From Cyanophora paradoxa CCMP329 (lineage: Eukaryota; Plantae; Glaucophyta), in assembly GCA_004431415.1 (NCBI GenBank), contig QPMI01000482.1:124001-188000 (forward strand): a stretch of 64,000 nucleotides of DNA, written 5' to 3'. The position numbers and the translations under genes were made by a program. Below, piece after piece: positions 1 to 15,699 of the stretch (positions are counted from its first letter, which is position 1; the number at the start of each line of letters is the position of its first letter). The notes beneath the pieces were generated by a model, which worked only from the letters and a program-made list of their open reading frames with translations, was not told the origin of the DNA and did no database searches.

Positions 1-1481
1 GGGACGCCGGCTGGGCGCGCAGAAGGCGGGCGGGCGCGCACGAGCCGCTTGGCGGTGCCGAGGACGGTGTGAGTCACGGCGGACATGTGGTGCAGCACGA
101 TGAACGAGAAGAGGTTCTGGCGGGATCCGACCCGTCAGCGGCGGGGCGGGGCGGGGGGGGCGAGAGAAAGCGGGCTCGGGTGCACCTGCAAGAAGTAGCA
201 GAGACCGGAGGCGGCCTGCAGGAGAGGCGCCGACGCGTCCGGTCAGAGGGGCGCGCGAGTTACGAGAAGTCCCAAGGGGCGCGCCAGCATGAGCCAGATG
301 GCCTGCTTGGAGATGGCGCCCGGGTCGCCGGGGGCCCCCGGGGCCGCCAGCTTCGCGTAGTCGAAGTAGAAGGCCGCCGGCGAGAGCACGCACATCGCCC
401 TGGACGAGGGGGAGAGGTGAGCGGGGTGGGGGGCAGGGGTGGCGGGGTGCGGCGCCGCACAGGAACGACATGTAGAAGGAGAGATTGACGGAGTCCATCC
501 GCGTCTCGTTGAAGAGCTGGGGGGTACAGGATTGGCTGCGGTCGCTGGGTGGGGGAAGGGAAGGGCGGGCACCATCTTCGAGAGGAGGCTCTGCGAGCGG
601 TTGGGGAGGTGAGTCGGACGGGGTACACGAAAGTGACTCGCACGGGGGTACACCCAAGGAGGCGAAGGACAGGAGCGCACCTGGGCGACCTGGGAGACGG
701 TCGAGAGGAGGGCCGTAAAAAGCGCCATGAAAGTGACCTCCATGCGCAGCTTTGGGAAAGGTGCGTCGGCCAGATTCGGACCCGAGGCACAGAGAGCGGG
801 AATGGGGCACCTCGGCGAGGGAGGCGAGGGAGACGCCGCCGCAGATGAAGAAGAGGCAGAGGTACGTCTGCGGGCTCGGGTGCTCCTGCAGGAAGATACG
901 CGCCAGCAGCACCGCGAAGATCGGCGAGCTCGATTTGATCTGGCGGCCCCTCAGCGGCCCGGCGCGGGGCGCGGGGCGGCGCGGCGCGGCGCGGGGCGGG
1001 GGTGCCGCACCGTGTGCGTAAAGGAGAGCGGGGCCTCTCCGAGTGAGAGGAGGAAGCACACTTTGGAGACGATGAGAGCGAGGACGATGGGGAGGAGCCG
1101 CGCGAGCACGGGCTGCGCGAGGCTTCGGGACGGGGCGGGGCGGCGGCGGCGGGCGGGCCGCACCTGCGTGAGGCGGTGGAGGCGGTGGCGCTCCTTGTTG
1201 CTCTTGATCATGCACAGCGCGAAGGAGGCGCTGAATCCGAACTGGAAGATGGAGATCATCAGGGGGAACTGGACGCCCTGCGTCATCAGCGACTTCGACA
1301 GGAAGGAGCTGCACGAGCTGCGCGGCGGCGGAGTCGGCTACGCAGCGCTATGCGCCGCAGCGTTACCACGCCCGCGCGCTTACCTGAACAGGTACCAACC
1401 CGTAATCATCAAGGCAAACAGACCGAACTCGCTTGTCCACTTTTGGCAGTCTCCGGTCAGCCTGCAGGACAAGAAGCGCAT
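1..1481 (-). CDS. Triose-phosphate/nucleotide-sugar transporter family (TPT/SLC35E-like), multi-exon, 3' end runs out of the window
   Basis: Spliced exons give QFPLMISIFQF, APLSFTHT-IKSSSPIFAVLLARIFLQE, GGVSLASLAE and NLFSFIVLHHMSAVTHTVLGTAKR, which match TPT-family motifs. The start codon is approximate. Confidence 0.75.
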
Positions 1482-1768
1482 CAGAGATTGATGGGTCCTT
1501 GCATTTGGAGCCTGGGAGGCGATAGGCTCCGATAGCTGGCGAGAGGCGGGACCGCAAGTTCCGCAACCGATGCGGGCGGTAAGCGGCACACACCGCGCCA
1601 AGTGCGGGCTCGCGCGGGCGCTTTGGTGCACAAAGCCCGGTCGCGGCGCTCTCTAAGATTCAGGGGGAAGCGCACGTGTGATGAGCCTGGCCGGAGGAAA
1701 GCTTGCTTCCGCCCCGCGAGCGGTCCGCAAGCTCCTCATCGGCTTCCCCGCCATTCGTTGAGTCGCTC

Positions 1769-2224
1769 ATGGCAACGACCCAGGCGTCGTTCTTGGTCCC
1801 GGAGAGCGAGCGGAGGCTCGCGCCGTCGCCCCGCCTTCGTCCAGGCTCCAATTTTGAGCCCGCCTCTAACCTTGCTGCGGCACTGGCCGCAGAGTCCCGC
1901 TGGCAGTTGCTTTGGAGCTCGCCGGATAATGCCTGGTACCCCGCCGTCTTCGTTCGCAGAAATCGTACAGGGCCTGTACTTCGAGAAACATGCAGGCTGC
2001 AGACAGAACGTCTACAAGCCAGACGGATCTCAATTTTGGGGCTCCAGTTCGTGGGATTGGACCACGAGGGGCGCCCAGCCCGCCATCCACCGCCGGAGCG
2101 GCTTCGGTACCGGTCGGCCGAGCACGGAAAGGCCCCCTTGAGGGAGGGAGTACGCCCTCCCCGGCACCTAGGTGGAGTGCCGAAGATTGCAGCACTCGAG
2201 CCGAAACTCGAGCCGAGCCGCTGA
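1769..2224 (+). CDS. Small hypothetical multi-exon gene, divergent from the transporter
   Basis: ATG at 1769 followed by exon-like segments bounded by gt..ag. The frame is unresolved and no motif is recognised. Confidence 0.25.
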   Translation: MATTQASFLVPESERRLAPSPRLRPGSNFEPASNLAAALAAESRWQLLWSSPDNAWYPAVFVRRNRTGPVLRETCRLQTERLQARRISILGLQFVGLDHEGRPARHPPPERLRYRSAEHGKAPLREGVRPPRHLGGVPKIAALEPKLEPSR

Positions 2225-3258
2225 GCTAGCGCTAGTCATATATATTGGGCAGACGTACAGGGCCTGGGCGGCCTGCAGGCGTCGACGCATATGCATGCGT
2301 CGAGGCGTCGTACGTCGAGTCCCTGGACGCGTCCGTGCGCCGCTGCGGCCTCGAGGCCGTCGAGCTCGCCACTCGAGCTCGAGTTCGCCACTCGAGCGCT
2401 AGCTCGAGTTCGACTGCCGGCGCCCGCGCGCGCGCGGCTGCCCACCGCCGGCGCCGCGCTGTCCTGGCACGCGCACGCCTCGCGCGCGGCTGCACGGACG
2501 TCGACCGTATACGTATACGTACGCGTGGCTCCGCACGCTCGCGCAGCTCTCCGGATCCCTCAACCCCCCCTCCGCCGTCTTCCGCTTCGACAGGCACATC
2601 CGATGCGAGGCGCGCCGCGCCGCCGGCGCCGCCCAGCGCCTCGCCGCGCTCGGCTGACGCGCCTGGCGCCGTAGAGTCCGGTGGTGGCGCACCCGGCGCT
2701 CGAGTCGGCGTGCCTCCGCTGGCCCTGGCCCGAGCCTGATCGCTACACTCGAGATCGCCTGCAACGGGGGGCATCGGACCCGGGCTAGCGCTCCCTGCCC
2801 CCCGCCTTCGCCGCCGCCCTCGCCCGCTCCCGCCTCGCCCGCGTGCGCTCCCCCCTCGAGCTCCCAGGCTCCCACCCCGCCGCCCCTTCCGAGCCGCCCC
2901 GCAGCTGGAGGGGCGGCGGGCGGGGGGGCGGGGGGGCGGGGGGTCACCAGCTCGCGGAGGCGATGGCGGCGCTCGGGGCCCTCGGAGGCCGGAAGGGCGG
3001 GGCAGAGGGCGCGCGCCCCGCGCTTCGGGCTTGCGTCTCCGGAGCGGCGCCGTGGAGCGCGGAAGCCGGTCCCCAGCGGGGAGGCATTATTAGTGTGAGA
3101 GGGGCGACCTGCTGTAAGGCCTCGAGAGAACACGATCTGTACCTCAATGGATCTGCATATTAAATTAATATTCGATACCAAAGGGTTTCGAAAAGCACGA
3201 AAGCTGGGGGGCGGGAGGGCGACGGGGCGCGGGGGCGCGGGGGCCGGCGGGGCCCGGG

Positions 3259-4724
3259 CTAGGCCTTGAGGTGCTTGGCGTGGTGGGCGACGTGCTCCGC
3301 CACGAAGCTCGCGATGAAGAAGTAGCTGTGGTCGTACCCCTCCTGCGCCCCCCGCGTCGGCGCCAGGCGGGGGGGGGGGGGGGGGGGGGTCCGAGGCGGC
3401 CCTCCCCCGGGCCCGTGGCGGTGGCGGGGGGCCCACTGGCCCAGGGGCGGCGGGGAGGGCGGACCTGCATGCGGAGGCGGACGGGGACGCCGGCGGCGCG
3501 GGCAGCGGCCTCGAAGTTCTCCGGCAGCAGCTGCTTCTCCTTGTAGAACTTGTCGTCCACGCCCTGCCCCGCCCCCGCCCTCACTCACCCCGCCCTCTCT
3601 CCTCGCACCGCCCCGGCCCCGGTTCCGGGGAGCTATGACCCCGCGGTCGCCGCGAGCGGCGCCCCAGCATTCCACCCGGCAGACCTGGTCGATCAAGATC
3701 TCCGGGGTAGAGGCCGAGTGCTTCTTCACCAGCGCCGTCGCGTCGTACCCCAGCCACGCCTCCTTGCTCTCCGCGCCCAGGTACCCCGAGAAGGCCTTTT
3801 GGGTGGGGGAGGTGGGGTGAGGGAAAGGCGCCGCGCGGGATTCGACCCCGGAGCTGTGCGGCTAACCTTGACGCCCCAGGGGCACTCGGACGGATTGCAG
3901 ATGGGCGCGAAGGCGCTCACGGACTTGTAGGCGCCGGGATTCTGCGAGGCGGTTCAGGGGGGTACAATGTCTACGCCGGGTGGGGTACGGGCCTTCAGGA
4001 ACGCGACCAGGGCGCCGTGGCCGCCCATCGAGTGGCCCGTGATCGAACGCACGTTGGGGAGGAGCTGCGCGGGTGCGCAACTCGCAATGTGGGGAGCCCG
4101 CGCAGCGGGGGTACAGCCGCACCGGGAGGTTGGCCTCAAGGAAGGCGGGGAGCTCGCGGGTGACGTAGCTGTACATCTTGTAGGCCTCGGACCAGGGCGC
4201 CTGCGTGGCGTCGACGTAGAAGCCGGCCCCCTGCCCGAAGTCCCACGCCGCGTCGTCCCCCGCCGTGCGGAAGGCCCCTGCGCAGCGCGCGCCCGCGCCG
4301 CCGCGTCGGGCGAGAGGGAGAGGAGCTCGCACGGGCGAGAGAGGGCGCACGGGGGCTCGTGTCCGGGAAGACGACGGCGATGCCGTGCTTGGCGGCGTGC
4401 TCGTGGATGCCGGATTTGATCACCTGCCCGCGAGTCGGCCGCCGGCGGCGGGGCGCGCGCACGCCGACCGGCTCGGCGCTCGCGCACCGCGTTCTCGTCG
4501 GTGCAGGTGAGCCCGCTCAGGTAGTAGAGCGTCGGGACCTTCTGGCCGGCGAGGGCGGCCGGCGGCAGGAAGACATGGAACTTCATCGGGCCGCGCAGGA
4601 CCTCAGAAGTGTGCTGGTACCGCCGGACGGACCCGCCGAAGCACCTGCGCGCGCCGGCCGCCGTGAGAAGCGAGGCGCTGCGCTGCCACGACCGCGCTCA
4701 CTTATTCGCCGAGAGCTGCTCCAT
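3259..4724 (-). CDS. ESD: S-formylglutathione hydrolase (esterase D, FrmB/FghA family), multi-exon
   Basis: [52 protein letters not shown], nucleophile elbow [19 protein letters not shown] and [12 protein letters not shown]. Stop at 3259-3261. Confidence 0.95.
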
Positions 4725-5115
4725 CGCTTCGCTGCGCTCTGCGCGTACACTGCATCGTTTCTCTCTCAGCCGGCAGGTCCGCGGCACCCACGTATGACGC
4801 GCTTGCCGGATCGCACGAACACCGAGGCGCACCTCAGGGAGATGGTGGGAAAGGGCGACGAACGCGCTTCGAAGCGCAGGCGTGAACGCTCGCCGAAGAA
4901 CGCGGAGGAGCTGGCCGGCCGCGTCTGGACCCGCGCCGCGCCGACCCGCTGCTGGCTCGACAATAAGATCGCTCCGCGGATCGAAAGCTTCTGACTTCTG
5001 GATGACGGAGCCGCGACGGCGCCTACGAACATAGAAGCCGCCGGTTCGACGTTCGAGTATAGCGTACCCTTATCGGGCCGAGCCGGGCGAGCCCTGCACT
5101 CATTCGTCAACCAGC
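4725..5115. promoter_or_regulatory. Putative bidirectional promoter between ESD and ADH5
   Basis: 391 bp separate two divergent start codons. Confidence 0.5.
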
Positions 5116-8403
<3,288 letters not shown>

Positions 8404-8441
8404 GGCGACGCCCACCCCCGAGCTCTGCATCAAGATCTACG

Positions 8442-8496
8442 GCCGCCATCATGGCATGTCGATATCAATTTGAATTTTGCATGCCATGATGGCGGC
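8442..8496. repeat. 17-bp perfect inverted repeat (hairpin) downstream of the ADH5 stop
   Basis: GCCGCCATCATGGCATG (8442-8458) and CATGCCATGATGGCGGC (8480-8496), with a 21-nt spacer. Confidence 0.8.
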
Positions 8497-9106
8497 GCTC
8501 AGGGCCGCCCTGATGTCTTCGTTGAACAAATGTACTGTATCTAAATCTGTGTCACTGAGATAGCTAGCGCTGCGCATGCCAGGCCTAAGCCGCCTAGCTA
8601 GTAGCCGTAGGCCAACATGGGGATTTTTGAAGGCTGCAATTTTTTAGGGCAACCATATGCATTGCAAATTGGCAGGCCCTGAGAGTCTTAGACGGCCCAA
8701 CTTCGCTCAGCTTGCAAGGCCCTGAGGCGCAAGGGGGAGGAGGAGAGGGAGAAGGAGGGCGCGGCCGCGGGGCCATCGGCACCGGTGTACCCCTTGAAAG
8801 TCTAGATCTGCTTTCCGGTGCCGTTCCTCCTGCAAGCAGACAATATCGACGTCGGCGATCTGTCAAGCGTGCGCAGCTCCGGATCCGCAACCACTCGCAT
8901 CCCATGGCCACCTGATAATGAGGGAGCCTACTCCATTGAGGGGAAGCCCGCCCCTAGGCCTAGTGTTGGAAAATATTGACCGCACTGCGGCAATCCCACC
9001 GGACCAGTGATTCATTCGGGTATAAAAAAAATGCACATATAGACGCTGGACGATTATAAACGCTGCTGCATCTTGGGGTCGCGTAGATATAACTTTAGTA
9101 AGATGG

Positions 9107-12100
9107 CTAAACGTACGCCGGCTGTGCGGGGGACCCCGACTCGGCGGCCTCCCGAAGGGCTGTGATGCGGGGGTGGTCTGGGGGGAAGAGGGCGGGGAAC
9201 TTGGCGTACTCCTGCGCGCGGGCGGGCTCGAGGGGCGGGGCGCGGTGGCAGAGGAGGCGGGCGGACCGCGCGGGCCTCGGCGAAGACGGCGAGGGCCTTC
9301 CCCGCCTCCCCGAGGGCGGCGTAGCTGTGGCCCAGCGCGAAGAGGAGGTGCGCGAGGACCGGCGTGCGCCCGCTGCGGCCGCCCCGGTTGCGATCAGACA
9401 TGTGCATCGACGGCGGCGCCGAGCAGCGGGGCCGCGGGAGGGGGCGGGGGCGGCGCGCTTCCAGTCGACGAGGCGGTGGAGGGCGACGGCGACGCGCAGG
9501 CCGCTGGCCACGCGCTCGGGCGGCGGCTGTTGCGGGGCGATGAGCCCAAAGTACATCCGTGCAAAGAAGTCCCCAGCGGTCCCCCCCATGACCTGCCCGG
9601 GCGCCGATCGCTCATGATCAGAGGCCTCAGCGCGCGGGGGCGGGGCTGGGATGGCGGGCGCGGGGGCGCCTCGGGGCGGTCGGCGATGAAGTCGATGGCG
9701 GAGCGGTAGAGGAGGATGGCCTCGAGGTAGCGCCCTGCCCGCCCCCAGGGGCTCGTCAGGACCTCGAGGGGGCGACGCCCGCCGGGCCCCCTCCGCACCC
9801 GTCAAGAACGCAGCGAACGAGAGCTTCCAGTCGCTGTCGAAGCGGAGCTCCACTTGGTCCTCGTACTCCTGCGCGAAGACGATTTCGCAGGCGCAGGAAC
9901 CGGCCGATGGATCGCAAGCGCGAGAACGGGCACGGAGGAGATGGCGTCAATGGCGCGGCGGAAGCCGCGCTCGATGGCGGGGAGGGCGTCGCGGTCGCCG
10001 CCGGCGCTCATCATGGCGACGAGGGCGAGCGTCTCGTGGCACGCCCGCTCGTGCACGGGGTTCGCGTGCTCCGCGTCCTTGTACCAGTAGAGCAGCCCAG
10101 CGATCTGCCCCAGCGAGATCAGTCCGCCATCGGGTTGGATGTCGGGGAGGGGGCCGGGGGCGGGGCGCGCCCTCTTGACCTCGTCGAGCGGGGCGGCGCT
10201 CTGAGCGATGCTGCGGCAGAGGTACAGGAGGACGCGCGCCTCGATGGGAGACGGCACCAGCCCCACCCGCCGCACCACGCCCCACCTGGCCGCCAGCCCC
10301 GGGCCCCCATGCGTCTCATTCGCCCGCCCGACTGCGAGCGCGGCCCCTGGGCCTGCCCCGGGCGCACGCTTCGTAGAGCGCGTGGCAGGCTTCCTCGTGC
10401 CTCGACACCTGCAGCAGGCGGTAGCCGGCCGTGCAGAGGGCCTGCGCGGGCGGGGCCCCTTCAGCTCGGCGCTCGGGGCCCGAGGGCGGGCCCCGGGCCT
10501 CGGGGCCGGTGCGGGGCGCGGGGCGCGCCTCGGCGTAGAGGAGCGGCTCCTCGCCCCTCCTCGGCCGCACCGCCCACACCGCGAGCTCCGCCAGCTGCGC
10601 CACCCGCGGCCCGCGATCGGCCGGTTTGCGGGGGGGGAGGCCGGGGGGGGGGGGGACGGGGCAGGGAGGGGATGGGAGATGGGAGGTTGGGGGGAAGGGG
10701 GGGGGAGGGGGGGGAGGGGGTTCCGGAGGGGAGCGGGGGGCGGGTTTAGGGGCGGGCGGCGGCGGGGCGGGCGATCGCGAGGGGGGAGGGGTCGTGGCGG
10801 GCCGGGGGCATGCGCACCTCGACGACGCGGGCGCTGGGGGCGAGCATGAGGTCCTCGACGACCTTGAAGAAGTCGGGTACGAGGAGGGCGAGCACCTCCC
10901 AGCCCCGCCGGCACGCCTCCGCCACCTCACCCCTGCCGCAGAGTCGAGGAGACGAGTTGAGTAGCTGCAGTTCCAGCACAGATAGAGGGCCTCGCGGAGG
11001 GCAGAGGCGGGACCGCAGGAGAGAATTCGGACGCACGGCGCGCTGCGAACAGCGAATTGAATCCTGCGTGCCAGAAAGTGACCGCCGGAGCCACGGTCGA
11101 TGATTGAGTAAGGATATGGGGGGCACAGCTCGCGGCGTGGCGGTGCACGGCTCACCCCCGCGAGGCGCTGTCGATCAGGTGGGCGGCGGCGGCGCGCTCG
11201 GGGGCGACCGAGCCCGAGGCGGCGCGGAGGAGGAAGAAGGCGACGCGCAGGCGCCGCCGGCCGGCGCTCGTCCGCACGAAGCGCGAGTCGAGCGCCGGGC
11301 CGCTCGCCAGCGCCTCCTGGAACTCGAAGGCCGAGACCCCGCCGGCGCCCCCTTCGCTTCGTTCGAGCCTCTCGAGAACCTGCCGCCCCGCCGGCCCCAG
11401 CCCCGGCCCGCCTGTGAGAGCCGGCCGCGGACAGGGGCGCTGGCCGCTCGCCCCGGCCGCCCCTGCACGCGCTTCCAATATTAATCGAGCGCCCGCACGC
11501 GCACCCGCTCGAAAAGGGCCTCCCACTGCGCGCGCCCCTCGCTGCTCTCAAAAACGAAGTCGCGCAGCCGCTCTTCGCGATCGGCTGTGGGCTCCGCCTG
11601 CGCGTCCACGTCCACATCCTGCGAGAGGGACTCGGCGCTCCTGCAGCTGGGGCCCGCGTCCGGAGCTGGGGCCCGAGCCGCGGTCGGGGCGGGAGCCGCG
11701 GGGGTGGCGTATCGACCGGAGCTCGCGGCTGCGGCCGTGCACGAGGGGCCGGCTGCGGGGGCGGCGAGCAGCGGCGGCGCCCCGTCAATGCGCCTCAGCA
11801 GCTCCTCGGAGGCTTCCATGAGGCTGCTGGGCCGGCGCCGCCGCTGCGGGGGCGGCGGCCCCTCCGACTCGCATTTCAGGCTGAAGGAGCCCGAGAGCAA
11901 TTTGGCCTGCGTGGGCGGCGGCGGGGTCCGGGGATCCCGGCCCGGCGGTCGGGCCGAGGCGCGCGCACGTGGCGGGGCGGCGGCAAGCGCGCCGCGCTGC
12001 AAAGCGGCCGGCGGACCTTCGAAAAAAGTGACTCGAGCGCCTGGACGGCTAGAGGGTCCGGCCACCGGTACCCCGCGTTCTCTGCGCCCCCCCGTACGCA

Positions 12101-13102
12101 TCTCGTCAACGGCGCGCCGGCGCCGACCGGCTGCGCGGGGGTGCGGGCAGCGCACCCGATCCGGGCGATGAGTCTTGCAGCTGCCTGTCGCAAGAAAAAA
12201 TTCAATGGGCGGCAGGCGGGCCGGGGTCAATCGCGACGTCGACCGCCGCGGCCGGGCATGCGCACTAGAAGCGGGCCGGGGGAGGGAGCGGGGGCGGGGC
12301 AGGGCGCACGACTGCTCGACGGTCTTGGCGCCGAGCGTGAGGATGGCGAGTGGGTCCGTTATCGAGTCGAGCTCGAGGTGCGCCGCTGCAGCAGCCGACC
12401 CGGGGCCCTCGATCTCCGGCCCCCGCCCCCGCCGCGAGCTGCCCCGCACCGGCGCCGGCGCCTGCGCCTGCGCCCCGGCTGCGGCCGTCGAATTCGAACC
12501 GGCCGCCGCGTCCGGAACGGGGAGCCGGATCATGGGATGGGCACGCAGGCCTGCGGTCCCCTCCTCGCTTGAGCTCGAGGGGGGCGAGGTGCGGGTGGGG
12601 GACGGCGAGGGGCAGGGGTGCCCTGGCGCTGCGCATGCGGCGGCAGATGAGCTCGGGGGCGCTGCGCATGCGACGGCCAAGGCCGCAAGAGGCGGGGCCG
12701 CGAATTCCAAGGGGGAGGGCCCACCCCCAGGCGGCATCGCCTGGAGCGGCAGCTGGACGTGCGAGCGGGGGCCGGCGGCGCTGGGCTTCGTCGCGAGCCG
12801 CGTGCTGCTGGCGACGAGGAGGGGCCCCGCGGCCGGCAGCACCGGCTCGCCCGTGTCACTGTAGACGAGGGAGAGCTGCAGTCGGGCGCCCGCCCCGTAG
12901 CCCTGCGATGCGGCCCCGGCGTAAGAGGAGTCGGGCGCGGGGGCCGCCTCGTGGAGCTCGGGATCGAGGGCGGCGCGCCTGCGTGCTGACGTTGACCCCG
13001 ACGAAGCTGTCCGCGAAGCCGTCCGCGCGGAACGAGAGCTCCACCGCGTGCGCGGGCTCCGGGTCCCAGCGCCGCCGCCCGTGGCCAGTCTGCAACCGCA
13101 TG
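9107..13102 (-). CDS. Hypothetical multi-exon protein with helical/TPR-like C-terminus (may be more than one gene)
   Basis: Exon-like peptides such as RYLEAILLYRSAIDF, LAHLLFALGHSYAALGEAGKALAVFAE and LFPPDHPRITAL are separated by short GC-rich introns. Stop at 9107. The 5' extent is uncertain. Confidence 0.45.
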
Positions 13103-15699
13103 TTGAGATGCATTCGAAGTGAAATTGAATAAGTGCGAAGCGACGTCGACCCCGCCCGCTCGAGGCGCACCAGTTTTGCGTCGATGTTGGCAAATGGAGC
13201 CTGCTTGCTAGCAAAGCGCAAAAGCTGCGGTTCACATGCATGTTAGCACTTTGCACACGCATATTGCAGCGCGCCCCCTCTAGACCTAGATCTGGTCCCC
13301 AGGCCTTGGCCAAACCCCTGGCCCTCTTCTTACTCCGGGATCCGGATCCCTCCGTATCCCCTAGCTAGGCCTAGGCCTACCACCCCATCCAAATTGCACA
13401 TTCCCATTCAATGATTTATCACACCCCGCGGGGTGCCGCGCGTCGCACCTTCTTCTTCCCTCCCTCTGCTTCGATCACCGTGTCTGCGCCAGCTCGCAGT
13501 GTTCGTGTTAATAAATTGCGATCGACGCGAAATCAGTGGGCAACCGCTGCGGCAAGGGAGGCCTAGGGCACCGCCGAGCACGATCGACGCGGAGAGTGTG
13601 ACAGGCGCTCCGGGACGGGAGAGGTGCGGGGCGGCGAGGCGCGGCCTGCGGTTCGCGACTCGGGATCCGTGCAATTCATGCAGCGCGTGCAGCGGGGCTG
13701 TGCGCTCGCGATCGCACCAGTACTGGCGCTCCACCACGAATCTGTAGACGAGGGCGCCGGCGGCGCCGCCGCCCGCGTCGACGTCGCAGTCAGGCTCGGG
13801 CTCGACCAACTCCCACATGGCCAAGGTCTGCCGCCGTCGACGTCAGACATGTACAAGAACGTCATGTAAATCTATGCATATATAATCGATATCGCGTTGT
13901 AGCTGATCGCGGAGATCATACGCCAAAGAAGACGTGATCATGAGCGAATTCGCACCCCGGCGGAGGTGAAGAGGGGCGGCGGCGGCGGCCAGCTAGCGCT
14001 GCACGGCATCGGCGCCGACCCGCGGCCGGAGCTCGAGCTCGAGCTCGCGATCGGGAGGCTCTGCACATTTTCGCCGCGCCCCAGCTCTCTGAGCCTGCGC
14101 ATATGCATATGCATGCGCATGAGCGCACTTCCAGCTCATGATCATGATCAGCTGCGCATGCAGGCGCTGCCGCCGCATCCGCGCGCGGCGCAAGCTAAGT
14201 ATAGGCTATAGGCACATGATCACGATTAGGTAAAGGAGATCTAGAAGCTTATAAAATGAGGTGTGCACTTTCTCGCCTCGGCGCGCGGAAGCCGTCGGTA
14301 GAAGAGGAGGCCTCCGCGGCCGTTGGAGGCGTGGCCATGGAGACTCGCTTGCAAGGAGCTCGAGGTCGGCCGCGGCCGCGGGGTCGAATTTGAATCCGGT
14401 TGCGGATACGGCCGCGGGCTCGAGCTCTCGATCGACGATTGCAAATCCATCTTCAGGCCGGCCGGGGGGAGCATGCGGGCATCGAGCAGAGAGCTCATGA
14501 TCAAGCACGCGCGGCCGACCGCGGCCGCGGGGCGCCCGTGCGGCCGTGCGGTTCCGGCTGCAAATGCTTTCCGATCGCGATATCAATCGATATCGCGAGC
14601 CGCGTGAGCAGCTGCAGCCCGGGCTCGCCAAGTCAGGACTAGTACTCCGGGAGTCTCTGAGCCGCGATATCGATCGGCCGCGCGCGCGCGCGGGCGGGCC
14701 TGTACACGTACCGCCGGCACCGAACTTCGGATCGATATCCCGGGCCGGGACTCCGGCCGCGGCCAGCTGCAACTACAGCTGCCGCAGTACTACTGCAGCT
14801 GCAAGTTGCGGCCCTGCCAGGCTGATGCCAGCTGCAGCCTGCAGGCCTATAGCTAGGTAGATGTCAAGCGTGCTCTATACTAGTACTGCGGTAGTAAAGC
14901 CGCCGAGCTCGAGCCGCTGCAGCAGTCGCGTCCGGCCATGCATATGTCCAGCTGCAGGCCACCTGGCGATGGCCTCGCGATCTGGCCGATGATATCGATC
15001 AAGGCACAATCTGATGAGCTGCGCATGCGATGCGCATGCAGGCCTATTAGCTAGGCCTAGGCCTAGGATTGCGGCGCCGGCAGTGCAGCCCGGCCCGCGC
15101 GCGGCCTAGCCGCTGGCACCGCTGCAGCCTACCGTACTACAGCGGTAGTACAGCCTACCGCCGTACAGCCTCGGTACAGGACCCGTAGATCACAGTAGAT
15201 GTTAGATGCACCCTGCACTGGCCCTGCAGATGCATATGCAGCCCGGCCGGCTGCCGCGCACACCGGCAAAACCAAGCAGTACCCGGGAAAACATCGGATC
15301 GGATCCCCGGAGAGTCGAGCTCGAGACAGCCCTAGACGGACCAATGCTGGCCCTGCGGGAAAAAAAGCGATCGAGTTTCTCCGGGAAGTTTTTCGAACAT
15401 GAACAACACAGTGCAAGGCCTTTTTCTAATCTTTTTCGAATTCTGGTGAAGCTTGAGGTCGCCGGCTCGGCGAGGAGGGCCGCCGGGCCGACTAGTACTC
15501 CCGGGGGGCCTTGAGGGCCGAGGCCGCCGGGCCGAGGCCGGAGGGCCTTGCCGGCTCGGCCGGCGGAGGCTGTGGAGCCTCCTGAAGGCTGGAGCGCGCG
15601 AGCGCGAGCCGGCGAGTCGCGGTCCCGATTCGCGGTCCGACTCGCGGACCGGACCCGGGACCCGCGGCCGGGACCCGCGGTCGCGGTCGTCGACGGCTT

